Source: Flaccisagitta enflata (taxonomy: Eukaryota). From it: 64,000 nt of DNA. The notes below the pieces were generated by a model, which saw only the letters and a list, made by a program, of their open reading frames with translations, was not told where the DNA came from and searched no databases. Location: positions 13,826,001 to 13,890,000 of the forward strand of contig OZ231126.1 in the NCBI GenBank assembly GCA_965153355.1, read 5' to 3'. Each line of letters starts with the position of its first letter. Position 1 is the first letter of the stretch. The position numbers were made by a program, and so were the translations under genes. Shown in pieces: positions 11,780 to 25,054 of this stretch.

Positions 11780-12680
11780 CCTTCTCCGGAGCCTTCACGA
11801 CCCGGGCCTCCCTCTGCCAGGCCTCCATCGCCCAGGCCTGCCGTTTCCCTCACCCAGGCTTCCATTGTCACAAAGCCGCGTGTATTATCACCATCGCACT
11901 TCCATTACCAAGGCCTCCAACATCTACACCTTCACCAACCAGGCCACCGCTACCCAGGCTTCTATTGTCGCCGAGGCTGCGCGTGTTATCACCATCGCGT
12001 ATCCCAATCAAATCCTTTATTACACAGGCCCCCATCACCGAGGCCTCCTTCTTCCTGGCTTCCATCACTCAGACCTCCATCAGCCTGGCCTCTGTTGTCA
12101 CCAAGGACGCGTCTTACCACGAGCGCGTTTCCATCACCCAGGCCTCTGGCATCAACGCCTCTTATTGTGACCAAGGCCGCGCATCTTACCACCATCGTGT
12201 AATCATTTTCCAGGCCTCCATCACCGAGGCCTCTATTGTCACCAGAGTCGTGTGTGTTACCACCATCGCTTTTACATCCCCTGGGCTTCTATTGTCGCCA
12301 AGGCTGCGCGTGTTACCACCATCGCATTTCCATCACCCAGGCCTCTATTGTCACCAAGGCCGTGCGTCTTACCACCATTGCATTTCCATCACCCAGGCCT
12401 CTATTGTCACCAAGGCCGTGCGTCTTACCACCATTGCATTTCCATCACCCAGGCCTCTATTGTCACCAAGGCCGTGCGTCTTACCACCATTGCATTTCCA
12501 TCACCCAGGCCTCTATTGTCGCCGTGGCCACGCATCTTACCACCATCACATTTTCAATTCCATAACCCAGGCCTCCTCTGTCACTGAGGCCGCGCGTCTT
12601 ACCACCATCGCGTTTCCATCACCCAGGCCTCTTATTGTCGCCAAGGCTGCACGTCTTACCACCATCGCGTTGCCCCCACC
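11780..12680. repeat. Degenerate 56-bp GC-rich minisatellite
   Basis: Unit CACCAAGGCCGTGCGTCTTACCACCATTGCATTTCCATCACCCAGGCCTCTATTGT; near-perfect at 12352-12520 and degenerate outward. Confidence 0.85.
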
Positions 12681-13962
12681 AAAAGCCGTTAATCTTTTTA
12701 GTTTCTGCGACGGAAGCAAAAAAAATGTTTGAGCCAATGAGAAACGAGAAAACCAAAGCCTATTTCGCCTTTTTCGCCTTTTTGCCATTTTTGGAAAATT
12801 TCGCGGTTTTTCGCCCTCGAAGTCGAAGAAGAAGAAAAAGATGAAGATGAAGAAGAAGAAGAGACAAACCAAAAAACTTGCGGCCATCTTGAATTTTTCA
12901 ATCTTCGCTAATCCAGAGGACGATCCGACGATTGTAATGGCGACCGATCATCTTAAAAGTCAAGCCGATTTTCTACAACGTACAAACTTGAAAGTGTTTC
13001 TTGTTCAAAAGTGACAGTGAATCCAGCAGCATTCCACGTCTACATCTGTTCTAAAGTCATTCATCAATCGAACATTTTTGCCCAATGTCCCGGTTTGGCG
13101 CCACGTCTGGAGCTTATGCAAAACGGCGATTTTTAGATATGAGAATAACAAACAAATAAATATGCTAAGAACAAACATTTAAAAGGTCATACCGCAGACC
13201 TAACTGATTTTGGAAGGAGGTGAAAATGTTAAAGCGCTGATTCTGATCCTGGAGCGCTGATCCCGTCGCAGCGTTTGAAAGTACAAGACAATTCTTGAAA
13301 GGAAATTCCATCCACTAAAATAACACCGGTCATTGTGTTGGTGTTGGTGGACAACACTCAACAGCAAGGCGAGAGAAAAAACGTTGATCTGTATTTATAT
13401 CTTGATATATCGATAGTCTTACATCGGCGCGGTAACGACTTAAAATGACCCAACTGCCGAGTGACATTCAGTGACCGAATAAAGCTACTCTAAACTCCTT
13501 CTTAGCAAATCAATTCACGAAAGTATTTGTTCTAAAAACCTGAACTATCCACGCCCTTTAAGAAAGATATTTTTCTCCACCGCTCAGCCAATTCTGTATT
13601 GCCGGTTTAATCGCATTAAAGATAGCTTTCAAAAAAGAAAAAAAACTTACTGAGAGCGTTTGAAAATTCTCATTCATCTGTCATTTGTTATGTATAAGTA
13701 CTCGAGGCCAGTCGCTGAAAAATGTCATTGAAAAATCGTCTGAAAGATTATAAAGAATTAAGGTCTTAAATGAAATTAAAAATTCAAAAAAGGTCCACGA
13801 ATAAAAGAATAAAAAAAAACTAAAAAAAAAGAGAGAAAAAAGATGACGACATCGAGTGATTCTGATTCGGATCCTGCTGAGTGGCCTCTTCAATCAGACA
13901 GAGAACATGATTTTAGTAAGTTTGATCAGAGAACATGATTGTTAAAGTTAATTCATTTTTTA

Positions 13963-14146
<184 letters not shown>

Positions 14147-14836
14147 TCACGAAAGGAAATGGCTAAAGGGTGCTGCGTCATGATATGAGCCTTTAAAGTA
14201 GATTCACTCACAGTGACGTATGCAATAATTGATTGATTGATTGATTGAATCCAGAGAAAGAACTCTTGCGAGCAAAACCAAATCTTGTATTCCCTGTTTC
14301 TCCGTGTGTCAGTCTGTCTGTCTACCTGTCCATGTTATAGTCGATCTGTTTAACCGTATAATTGTCTGTCTGTTTGTCTGTCTGTCTGTTAGTTTGTCTG
14401 TGCGACTCACAGTCTGCCTATATTTACTCTCATGCACGCGACTCTACACCCTGCTTTGTTGGTCGGTCGGTCGGTCGGTTGGTCTGTTTCACTTTGCTTT
14501 TTTTTTTACCTCACTGCTCCTGCCCAAATGGTCTAGTGACCTCAAATATGGCCCCTGCCCACCCGCACGCGACTTCGGTAGCCGTGTATCCGGCCTTGTT
14601 CCTTTGATCTGAGTGTCGCGCTTGTGATTTAATGAGCTTGTGATCTAATCTGTCTCTGGGGTTGTTTCATTTTCTAATTGCTAAGCATAAATTTAACAGA
14701 GTCGATTTGAATTTTCCATCCCTGAAAGCACACAAATGATCATTGATTAACCCACGGATTTATCTGATTTCCATCTTATTTCCATATACCCGACCAACCA
14801 AAAAATGATCATTGAATGATCATTCAACCTTTCCAG

Positions 14837-15283
14837 TCTCTGTTCGAATTCATCCTTCGAGTCTCGAAGAGCGACGTCTTCGATCGATGGGAGATGGAAT
14901 GCCTTTCGCCGACGACGAAGAGGAAGAGGAAGATGACGACGACGAAGACGACGACGAAGACGACGATGACGTTGGCCAACAACAGCGTCGACAAGCGGAG
15001 TTTCGAGGAAGAGGAAGCGGTGGAGGAGGAAGTCCAAGACGAAACGGAGGAGGAGTGGAAGAAGACAGACTAGAGGGTGCTGCTGGAGGAGGTGGTGAAG
15101 GAGGAAGAGGAGATAGCCGAGGACGAGGAGAATCACAAAGAAGAGTAGGAGGTGGAGGAGGAAGAGGAGGAGCAGACTCAAACGCCAATTTGACGAACGC
15201 GGGGGAAAAAACTTTTCGAGTGAAAATTAGTCGAGAAGCCGATGGAAATGTTACGCTACAACATCTCAATGATCAAATTCCAG
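14837..15283 (+). CDS. Candidate internal exon of an unidentified gene (acidic tract and Gly/Arg-rich region)
   Basis: TTCCAG| acceptor, 447 nt open and phase 1-1, with non-repetitive ends (SVRIHPSSLEERRLRSMGDG; EKTFRVKISREADGNVTLQHLNDQIP). The donor G|GTCTAT is weak. A possible terminal exon starts at 15482 (HEIVQRQNDDKDKRIPAEYGNCT*). Confidence 0.4.
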
Positions 15284-15314
15284 GTCTATGACTTTACTTG
15301 CTTCAAGTTCATTT

Positions 15315-15380
<66 letters not shown>

Positions 15381-15801
15381 CTCTCTCTCTCTTCTCTCTC
15401 TGAATGAATGACTGAAGGAATTATCAAATGAATTGTATGAACGAATGAATGACCGACCGTCGGAGTGATCTAAATCACCAGGGCATGAAATAGTCCAGAG
15501 GCAGAATGATGATAAAGATAAACGAATTCCTGCTGAATACGGGAACTGTACATGATAGGGAACCTGCCACTGGTCATCCGGACATCCGGACGCAACATGC
15601 AACAATAACAGCTCGAGTTGAATCCGGCCCTGACCAATATATTCGTCTTCCAATGCTGCCAATTTTGATAACATAGTTTCAAACATCAGTCGATTTCTCA
15701 CGATCTTTTTTTTTCTTTTCAATTGTTGATTAATTCAGCTCACAGCCTTATCATAAAAGAACTTGATTTTTTTTGTTCTCTTTTTTCTCTTTTTTCTTAA
15801 A

Positions 15802-15985
15802 ATGATGATTTTGATTATAATTGCGGCATTGCCGATTTTTGCGGCGGCTTATGAAAGTTGCGGCAAGAAAGGTGCTTCCAGCCGCATTGTTAATGGACTT
15901 CCTGCTGCACATGGAGAATTTCCGTGGCAAATCTCACTCCAATTTGCCGCAAAACCAAATCAACAGAAACGACACATTTGTGGTG
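15802..15985 (+). CDS. Serine protease exon 1 (signal peptide, propeptide, IVNG N-terminus)
   Basis: [32 protein letters not shown]...HICG, followed by donor G|GTAAGT at 15986. Confidence 0.92.
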
Positions 15986-18900
15986 GTAAGTAATAGGTCA
16001 TTATTAAAACGTAGCTATTTTCCTAAAGAGACCTAAAGGAAATGGTTACGTTTTTATCTAAAATGACCCGTTACATGTGCGATTGTGCGTGTGTTTGGGA
16101 AGGTATAATGTACAGACAGACCATTAATATAGCGTGTGGACGCACATAAAGTTTTAGCACCACCTCCTACAGCCCAAACCCAACAACCAATTTTTTCACT
16201 TGGAACTGATCTGGATACCTTGGGACCATACAAATGGCGCCACCGTGGCGATTTTTGAATTTCCACTATTAACCCCCCAATTTTGCGATTTTTTAGCCCT
16301 TAGGGGGTGGTTTAGGGGTGGGCAAAAGGTGGTCATTAGAGGGGGTTAGTAGTGGAAACTCAAAAATCGCCACGGTGGCGCCATTTTTATTGTCCCATAA
16401 TATCTAGAGCAGTTCTTAGTGAAAACATTGGTTAATGGGTTCGGGCTGTAGGGGGTCGTGCTAAAATTTGTGCCTCCACACTCTAAATTAGTGGTCCGTC
16501 TGTAAACTATGTATGAGTGGAAAGGGGAGAAGCGAGTGCGTTTGCTTGGAATACATGGTGGAAGGTAGACGCTTCAAAATACGCATGCATCCTTTCACTC
16601 AGTACAAAATACACTCGCCGTAAAAAAAAATAGTTATTCAGAATTAACCAATGACTCAAACAGATCGAGTATCAAGTGTTACCATGTCATTTTATACGTT
16701 GCTCCTCATATTGCTTTTAACAAATGATCTATATCCGCTTGAAATTGAATCAGGTACGTTAATCGGTCCTGGTTGGGTGTTATGCGCGGCTCATTGCTTC
16801 GACAGAAATATCAACGCGGCCAAGTTTCATGTTCGTGTCGGCGATTGGCATCTCAATAAACAAGATGGCTCTGAACAAGGTGACTGGATCTCTACTACCT
16901 TGGAAAAAAGTATTTATACACCCACAGTATATTATGATTTTCAAACTGAATATTCACTTAATCATTATACTGAAAGTGTTTGTGTGTCAGGTGACTTGTT
17001 TTTAAACTGAACATTTTTGTTAAAGGTTTTGAAAACAATTTTCAGTATCATTTTAATAATTACATATAATCTTACCTTATCATTTTTGAGCAAATTGTGT
17101 GTTTTAGGAAAGTGTTTATAATTTTGTTTGCCATTTCTAAACGATCGAAGCTACCAGAACCAGGTTGGACTCATCTTTTAGATTTTTTGATGTAGATTAT
17201 TTTGCTTTTTTGAAAAAAGTATCTAGCTGCCCTGGAAGCAGAGATATCTTGTGTTGAAAGCGTCCAAGAGTTTTCATATTTTAACGGGTGGTCAAAAAAA
17301 AAGTGACTTTTTCATTTTCTCATATCTTTTGTAAAAAAATATTTAGAGTATACTTTCTTTTTTTGCCAATAAGATATAGTGCAGTAGAATTTTTTTTATT
17401 ATTATGATTTTTGTACATTTTTTGTACATTTCAAATTATTTACAATAAACTGATTTTAATTTTGGACCGCTTTGATTTTTACCAAAAATTTTCTATAATA
17501 AAATTGAAGTTTTTTTATAGATTCACTGTCTACAGTTAAGGACGACTCAAAAACTGCTAAAAAATTGAAGAAAAATTATAAAAATACAAACATATACCAA
17601 AACAAAAGATACTTCCAAAAAACATCCATCTTTTTTCTATTCAAATCTCTCAAACAAAAGCTTGGAGGCTTATAAATAATTTTATTTATTTCAGACAGGA
17701 CCTAATAAACATATTTGTTTCTTAAAAACCACTGATTATCTATGTTATAACTGATTCATGCAAACATTTTATTTTTTGTATTTATATAATTATCTGTTTT
17801 ACAAAACTGAAAAAAATTCAACTTTTTTATACATTTTATTTCATTTTTAAAATATTAACATATAAAAAAAATTTCAAACTTATTAGAAAAAATTCTAGCT
17901 TAATCACTTTTTTTTTGACCACCCGTTACTACCCTCAATATTATCCAGATTTATAAATTGAATGTTTTTACTCTTTTGCTTGTAGTTTCTAAACGGTTAG
18001 AGTTACAGAGACCAGATTAGACTCAATTTGAAGATTTTTTGATGAAGATTAATTTTCTTTTTTCAAAAATCTATTTGGCGTTTCATGAAGGTGAGATATC
18101 CTTGGTAGAAGTTGTATATATACTTATTTCCTAGATAGTAGTCAACAAATAAATGAAATAAGCCAAATTAGCGCTAACGAAGAGCACCATACATTTACAA
18201 CATATACATCAGAGTCGTTAGAGACCACCGCACTGTGGGCTTAATTGTGCGCTAGGTGGCTCATTGTGAATTGCGTTAAGCAATTCACTATAACTCCACA
18301 AAATATTTTTCTTCATTTTTTTTTCTTTTTTTTCTCTTTTTTTTTCCTTCCAGTCTCTTTGAAAATAGGGTTTTGTTTTTCACTGTCTTTCTCTTGTCCT
18401 TCCCTTGTCTAACCCTGTATGAAAACGGTTTCTGTTTCTTTGTCCTTCCCTTGTCTTTCCCCATATGAAAATGGCTTTTGTTTCTCTGTTCCCCTCTTGT
18501 CTTTCCCTATATGAATATGGGTAATGTTTTTCTGTTCTTCCCTTGTCTTTCCCTATGTTAATATGGGTAATGTTTTTCTATTCTTCCCTTGTCTTTCCCT
18601 ATGTGAATATGGGTAATGTTTTCCAGTTCTTCCCTTGTCTTTCCCTATATCAATATGGCTTTTGTTTCTTTTTTCTTTCCTTGTCTTTCCCTATGTGAAT
18701 ATGGGTAATGTTTTTCAATTCTTCGCTTGTCTTTCCCTATATCAATATGGCTTTTGTTTCTCTTTTCTTCCCTTGTCTTTCCCGTTATGAATATGGGTAA
18801 TGTTTTTCAATTCTTCCCTTGAATATGGGTAAAGTTTTTTATTCCTCCCTGGTCTTTTCCTACATCAGTATGGCTTTTGTTTCTCTGTTCTTCCCTTGTC

Positions 18901-21900
18901 TTTCCCTATATGAATACGGGTAATGTTTTTCAATTCTTCCCTTGTCTTTCCCCATATCAATATGGCTTTTGTTTGTTTGTCCTTCCCTTGTCTTTCCCTA
19001 TATGAAAATGGGTAATGTTTTTCAGTTCTTACCTTGTCTTTCCTTATATGAAAATGGGTAATGTTTTTTAGTTTTTCCCTTGTCTTTCCCTATATATATA
19101 GGGGTAATGTTATTCAACTCTTTCTTTGTCTTTCCCTTTATGAATATGGGTAATGTTTTCCAGTTCTTCCCTTGTCTTTCCATACATCAATATGGCTTTT
19201 GTTTCTCTGTTCCTCCCTTGTCTTTCCCTATACACATTTAGGTAATGTCTTCAGTTCTTCCCTTGTCTTTCCCTTTATATATAGGGGTAATGTTTTTCTA
19301 CTCTTTCCTTGTCTTTCCCTATACAAATATGGGTAATGTTTTTCGGTTCTTCCCTTATTATCCCCTACATCAATATGGCTTTTGTTTCTCTGTTCTTCCC
19401 TTGTCTTTCTTTAAATGAATATGGGTAATGTTTTTCAATTCTTCCCTTATCTTCCCCTATATCAATATGGCTTTTGTTTCTCTATCTTTCCCTTGTCTTT
19501 CCCTGTATGAATATAGGTGATGTTTTACAGTTCTTCCCTTGTCTTTTCCTATATGAACATGGGGAATGTTTTTGTTCTTCCCTTGTCTTTCCCTACATCA
19601 ATATGGCTTTCGTTTCTCTGTACTTCCCTTGTCTTTCCCTATATGAATATGGGTAATGTTTTTCAATTCTTCCCTTATCTTCCTCTATATCGATATGGCT
19701 TTTGTTTCTCTATCCTTCCCTTGTCTTTCCACGTATGAATACGGGTAATGTTTTTCAGTTCTTCCTTTGTCTCTCCCTGTATGAATATAGGTTATGTTTT
19801 TTTAGTTTTTCCCTTGTCTTTCCCTATATCAATATGGCTTTTGTTTCTCTGTTCTTCCCTTGTCTTTCCCTGCATGAATATGGGTAATGTTTTTCAGTTC
19901 TTCCCTTGTCTTCCCCTACATCAATATGGCTTTTGTTGCTCTGTTTTTCCCTTATCTTTTTCTATATGAATATGGGTAATGTTTTTCAGTTCTTCCATTG
20001 TCTTCTCCTATATCAATATGGCTTTTGTTTCGCTGTTCATCCTTTGTCTTTCCCTATACGAATATGAATATGGGTAATGTTTTTCAATTCTTCCCTTATC
20101 TTCCCCTTTATCAATATGGCTTTTGTTTCTCTATCCTTCCCTTGTCTTTCCCTGTATAAATATGGGTAATGTTTTTCAGTTCTTCCCTTGCCTCTCCCTA
20201 TATAAATATGGGTATTGTTTTTCAGTTCTCCCTTTGTCTTTCCCTATATCTATATGGCTTTTGTTTCTCTGATCTTCCCTTGCCTTTCCCTGTATGAATA
20301 TAGGTAATGTTTTTCAGTTCTTCCCTTGTCTTCCCCTACATCAATATGGCTTCTGTTTCTATGCTCTTCCCTTGTTTTTCCTTGTATGAATACGGGTAAT
20401 GTTTTTCAGTTCTTCCCTTGTCTTCCCCTACATCAATATGGTTTTTGTTTCGCTGTTCATCCTTTGTCTTTCCCTATATGAATATGGGTAATGTTTTTTC
20501 AAATCTTCCCTTATCTTCCCCTTTATCAATATGGCTTTTGTTTCTCTATCCTTCCCTTGTCTTTCCCTGTATAAATATAGGTAATGTTATTCAGTTCTTC
20601 CCTTGTCTCTCCCTATATAAATATGGGTATTGTTTTTCAGTTCTTCCCTTGTCTTTCCCTATATCAATATGGCTTTAGTTTCTCTGATCTTCCCTTGTCT
20701 TTCCCTGTATAAATATGGGTAATGTTTTTCAGTTCTTCCCTTGTCTTCCTCTACATCAATATGGCTTTTATTTCTCTGTTCTGCCCTTGTCTTTCCCTAT
20801 ATGAATATAGGTAATGTTTTTTAGTTCTTCACTTGTCTTCCCCTACATCAATATGACTTTGGTTTCTTTGCTCTTCCCTTGTCTTTCCCTGTATGAATAC
20901 GGGTAATGTTTTTCATTTCTTCCCTTGTCTTCCCCTACATCAATATGGCTTTTGTTTGTCTGTTCTACCCTTGTCTTTCCTTGTTTGAATATGGGTAATG
21001 TTTTTCAGTTTTTCTTTGTCTTACCCTATATCAATATGGCATTTTTTCTCTGTTCTTCCGTTGTTTTTCCCTACATGTGACATGATTATGTGTGTATTTT
21101 TCAGCTCCTCTTCGTCTTTCCCTATATCAATATGGCTTTTGTTTCTCTGTTCTTCCCTTCTCTCTCTCCCTTAATGATTATGGGTAATGTTCTTCAGTTC
21201 TTCCCTTGTCTTTCTCAACATGAATATGGCTTTCATTTCTCCATTATTTCCTCATCCTATGCTTTCACTTCTTGTTTTAGTATTACAAAATAAAATTCAA
21301 GTATTTCCACTAAACATGTTGTCAATTGCACCTGCAATTCACATGTTTGGCGACAGCCACTGGTTGGGGATTGACATTGCATCTTTTCTATTACATTGTT
21401 CCTTATGAAATGTACAGAGTGAAAAACATTTTTCTGCATATTTTCAGATGTTATGAAACTATTTATACCCAATATTGACTCATTTCTATTGGATTAAAAG
21501 CTTTAAGAGCTTAAAGTACAAAAGAAGAGAAATTTGAGAAAATTAAGTGAAAATTACTGCTAAAATCTCTTACATTTAGTATTCAAATTGTCTAATGTTT
21601 TGACCAAATGAATCAAATTTTTGTCGTTGTTCAATAAGATTCCTTAATAAGGTGCTCAAAAAAAATCATTTTTTTGCTCATTTAGCTCATTTTGCTCATT
21701 TTTCTTCCAATCAAATATAGATTTTTACTTTTATCCACATTATTACTGGTCCATTTCAGGCCCAGAAAATCGCAATTTGCACGGCAAAGCACGGCTTGAG
21801 CCATAGCATTCTGGATTCAGGACCCCTTGAACTACATTTTGGCATTGGTCACTCATTGTGCGTCCTTGTGCAATTTTTTTTATTTATAGGGTAATAAACG

Positions 21901-23083
21901 CATGCAAATTAGGTCAAATATGTAGTAATAGTAGACTAATTTGCTAGTGCTAAAAATGTAAAAAATGATGATTTTTAAAATTTTTCCAGACATATAAACA
22001 TCAATGAAGGAATCCAATCCAATATTGAAGATATCATGAGCTTTTTGTAATCTTAACAGATAATCCAAAAAATTCATTGATTTTTCTTGAAATTCAGCAT
22101 TTTTCGTAGTAATGTCCATTTAAGTCGCCTTTTTTCACTCTAAATCACCATAAAACCTGTCAAATGGACCGGTAATAAATGCTAAAATAGTACTATGACC
22201 ATTCTACTTAGTTTGAGCCATATAGCAGAGATTTTCAGAAAATTTTCACCCAAATACCCAAGGAGCCATCTAGCGCAATCCGTGGCCCTTAGTGCACCGT
22301 TCAGACACAGACACAAACAAACAAACAAACACAACATGTCCTCTTCTTTTTTAGGTGCGACAAAGCGCCTCTTTAACTGGCTGTGTCCGTTGGTTGGTCG
22401 GCCGGTCGGTCGGGTAACGCATTCGTTCGACGATCCACACGTCGCACTAGGGTAGGTCAATATGCGTTTTTGTCTCAGATTGTCATGTAAGTTACGGAGG
22501 ACATCCGACTTGAAAAATGACGAATGATGGCAAAAAAATCCGCGTTCAAATCCTTGTATGTTCAATGTTCATAACACTTTTCGCTAACAAAAAACACAAT
22601 AGACGCTGTTGGGTTCAATTAGAGTCACAGCTTGTCAGTTAATCTTCAAGTAGTTAATAACGATTAAGTACCTCACTTGAAGCATATCCACTTCTCTCTT
22701 ATAAGAAAAACATTCGTTTATGCTAGGAAGTTTCACGAGCAAATGTTTTCAACGAAAGTTCCATAGCCTTAGTTGAGAACTGACTGCAATATGCAAATTA
22801 GGGAAAAAGGAGAGATTCCATTGCATCGGGTCTCGGTGTTCCTTCTTGATAGCGAGTGTCGATTTCTGATCGTAGAGCACCGCTAAGGCGCTATTCGTAC
22901 ATAATCATTGCGTCTTAGCGTAAAGTAGCGTCCTCAAATTGTCCTGTATGGATAGTGATGAAGAAGACTAGATGGGCATTTTAAAAAGAGCGGAGGTCCG
23001 CTCATTCGCGAATCGCAAAAAATCGTGACCCACCGACTAACTAGGTGACCGTCTGCTTGGAAGAGAAACAATAAAAAACTGGA

Positions 23084-23135
<52 letters not shown>

Positions 23136-23163
23136 GAGAAAGAAGGAAAGGAAGACAGACGGA

Positions 23164-23235
<72 letters not shown>

Positions 23236-23800
23236 AGGAAAGAAAGATAGAAGGAAAGGAAGACAGACGGAAAGAAAGAAAGAAAGAAAGAAAGAAAGAA
23301 ACAGAAAGAAAGACAGACGGAAAGTAAGACAAACAGAAAGAAAGAAAGACAGATGGAAAGAAAGAAAGACAGATGGAAAGAAAGAAAGACAGACGGAAAG
23401 AAAGAAAGACAGATGGAAAGAAAGAAAGACAGACGGAAGAAAGAAAGACAGATGGAAAGAAAGAAAGACAGACGGAAAGAAAGAAAGACAGACGGAAAGA
23501 AAGAAAGACAGACGGAAAGAAGGACGGACGGAAAGAAAGAAGGACAGACAGAAAGAAAGACAGACGGAAAGAAAGAGAGACGGCAAGAGAGACGGAAAGA
23601 AAGATAGACGGAACGAAAGACAGACAGAAAGAAAGACAGACGGAAAGAAAGACAGACGGAAAGAAAAAAAGACGGGAAGAAAGACAGACGGAAAGAAAGA
23701 CAGACGGAAAGAAAGACAGACGGAAAGAAAAACAGACGGAAAGAAAAACAGACAGAAAGAAAAACAGACGGAAAGAAAGACAGACGGAAAGAAAGAAAAA

Positions 23801-23848
<48 letters not shown>

Positions 23849-24929
23849 AAAAAAGAAAGAAAGAAACGAAAAGAAAAAAAGGGGAAAAAAGCGGAAAATA
23901 CAAGGGAAGGAAAGGGGAAAAAATTAGCTCACATGAAGAAAAACATTTTATAGATGAAAAAAGTCAATCCGTGTTCTGATCTAATCGCCAACGTGAAAAA
24001 GATTGACTGCTTCGCTTTGCTTATCACTCTGCATAGTCTCTCTGTACACTACCGCACGTAGACTGCTTGACAGAAGATTGCTTAAGTTCGCGCTAAATAA
24101 AATGGGTATAGAAACTTGCTGTTGGAGATTTTAGGGGGGAAAATTGTCATACCGAACTGGTTAAATCGGAGAGGAAACGCAGTTCAATTTTTTTTTCAAG
24201 ATTTTTTTTTCATTTTGTGAACGATGAAGATACAAGGATTTGAAGGTCGCGCAAGGTCTCAATCTTTTACAAATAGCATCTCGAGTGTTTTTGCCAACTT
24301 ACATGAAGATACATTAAGGTACGCAATATGACCTTCCCTAACGTCGCACCATATTGGCCTACTTGGCCTTGTTTCTTTCTTTCCTTTTTTTTTTTTTTGT
24401 TAATCGCACCACCAGACTTCGCCGTGATCTTCACTTTTCTACTGCCCAGCCTCGTTACGTTTCCATGTCCGTGTGTCTGAATTTTCGTTTTGTCTCATTA
24501 CACCACCAGACATCAGCGTCTCAGATATCATAATTTGTCCACTGTTCAGGCGCGTTACACTATATGTCCTTGAGTCCTAATCTCATTTTATTCCTTGCGA
24601 CATCAGATATCGCCGTATCCAAGATTATCACTCACCGAGCATATCAGTTCCCTAACGACATGCAAAATGACATCGCTTTGCTCAAATTGGCCCAAAAGGT
24701 GGATTTCTCTGGCCCATATGTTGGTCCAGCCTGTTTGCCAAATAAAGCAGAAGACTATCGAGGGACAGGCGGATGCTGGCTCTCTGGTAATCCTTCTAAA
24801 TGAGATGTTATCATTGCAGTTTCCACTGTTGTGATTTTGTTTTGATGTTCATCTTAATGTTGCTATTGTCAATGATGATGATGACGATGATAATGATGAT
24901 GATGAGGATTATAAATTGATGATGAATTT

Positions 24930-24982
<53 letters not shown>

Positions 24983-25019
24983 AATGATGATGATGATGAT
25001 GATCATGACAATGATGATC

Positions 25020-25054
<35 letters not shown>

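Larger units (their letters stand above)
18231..22294. mobile_element. Transib-like non-autonomous DNA transposon carrying a satellite array
   Basis: Ends CACTGTGGGC..GCGCTAGGTGGCTC / GAGCCATCTAGCGC..GCCCTTAGTG; 5-bp TSD CACCG at 18226-18230 and 22295-22299. Confidence 0.78.

Noticed and set aside
11740-12732. 330-aa ORF and overlapping frames
   Set aside because: A product of the 56-bp minisatellite; the same peptides rotate through the frames.
18380-21240. CRISPR-like regular repeats
   Set aside because: Contiguous satellite monomers with no unique spacers, no cas genes and a eukaryotic context.
22934-23927. ORFs of 130-290 aa (LSFF / ERKK repeats)
   Set aside because: Microsatellite translations; the same applies to all (TC)n, (GT)n and (GAT)n ORFs in the track.
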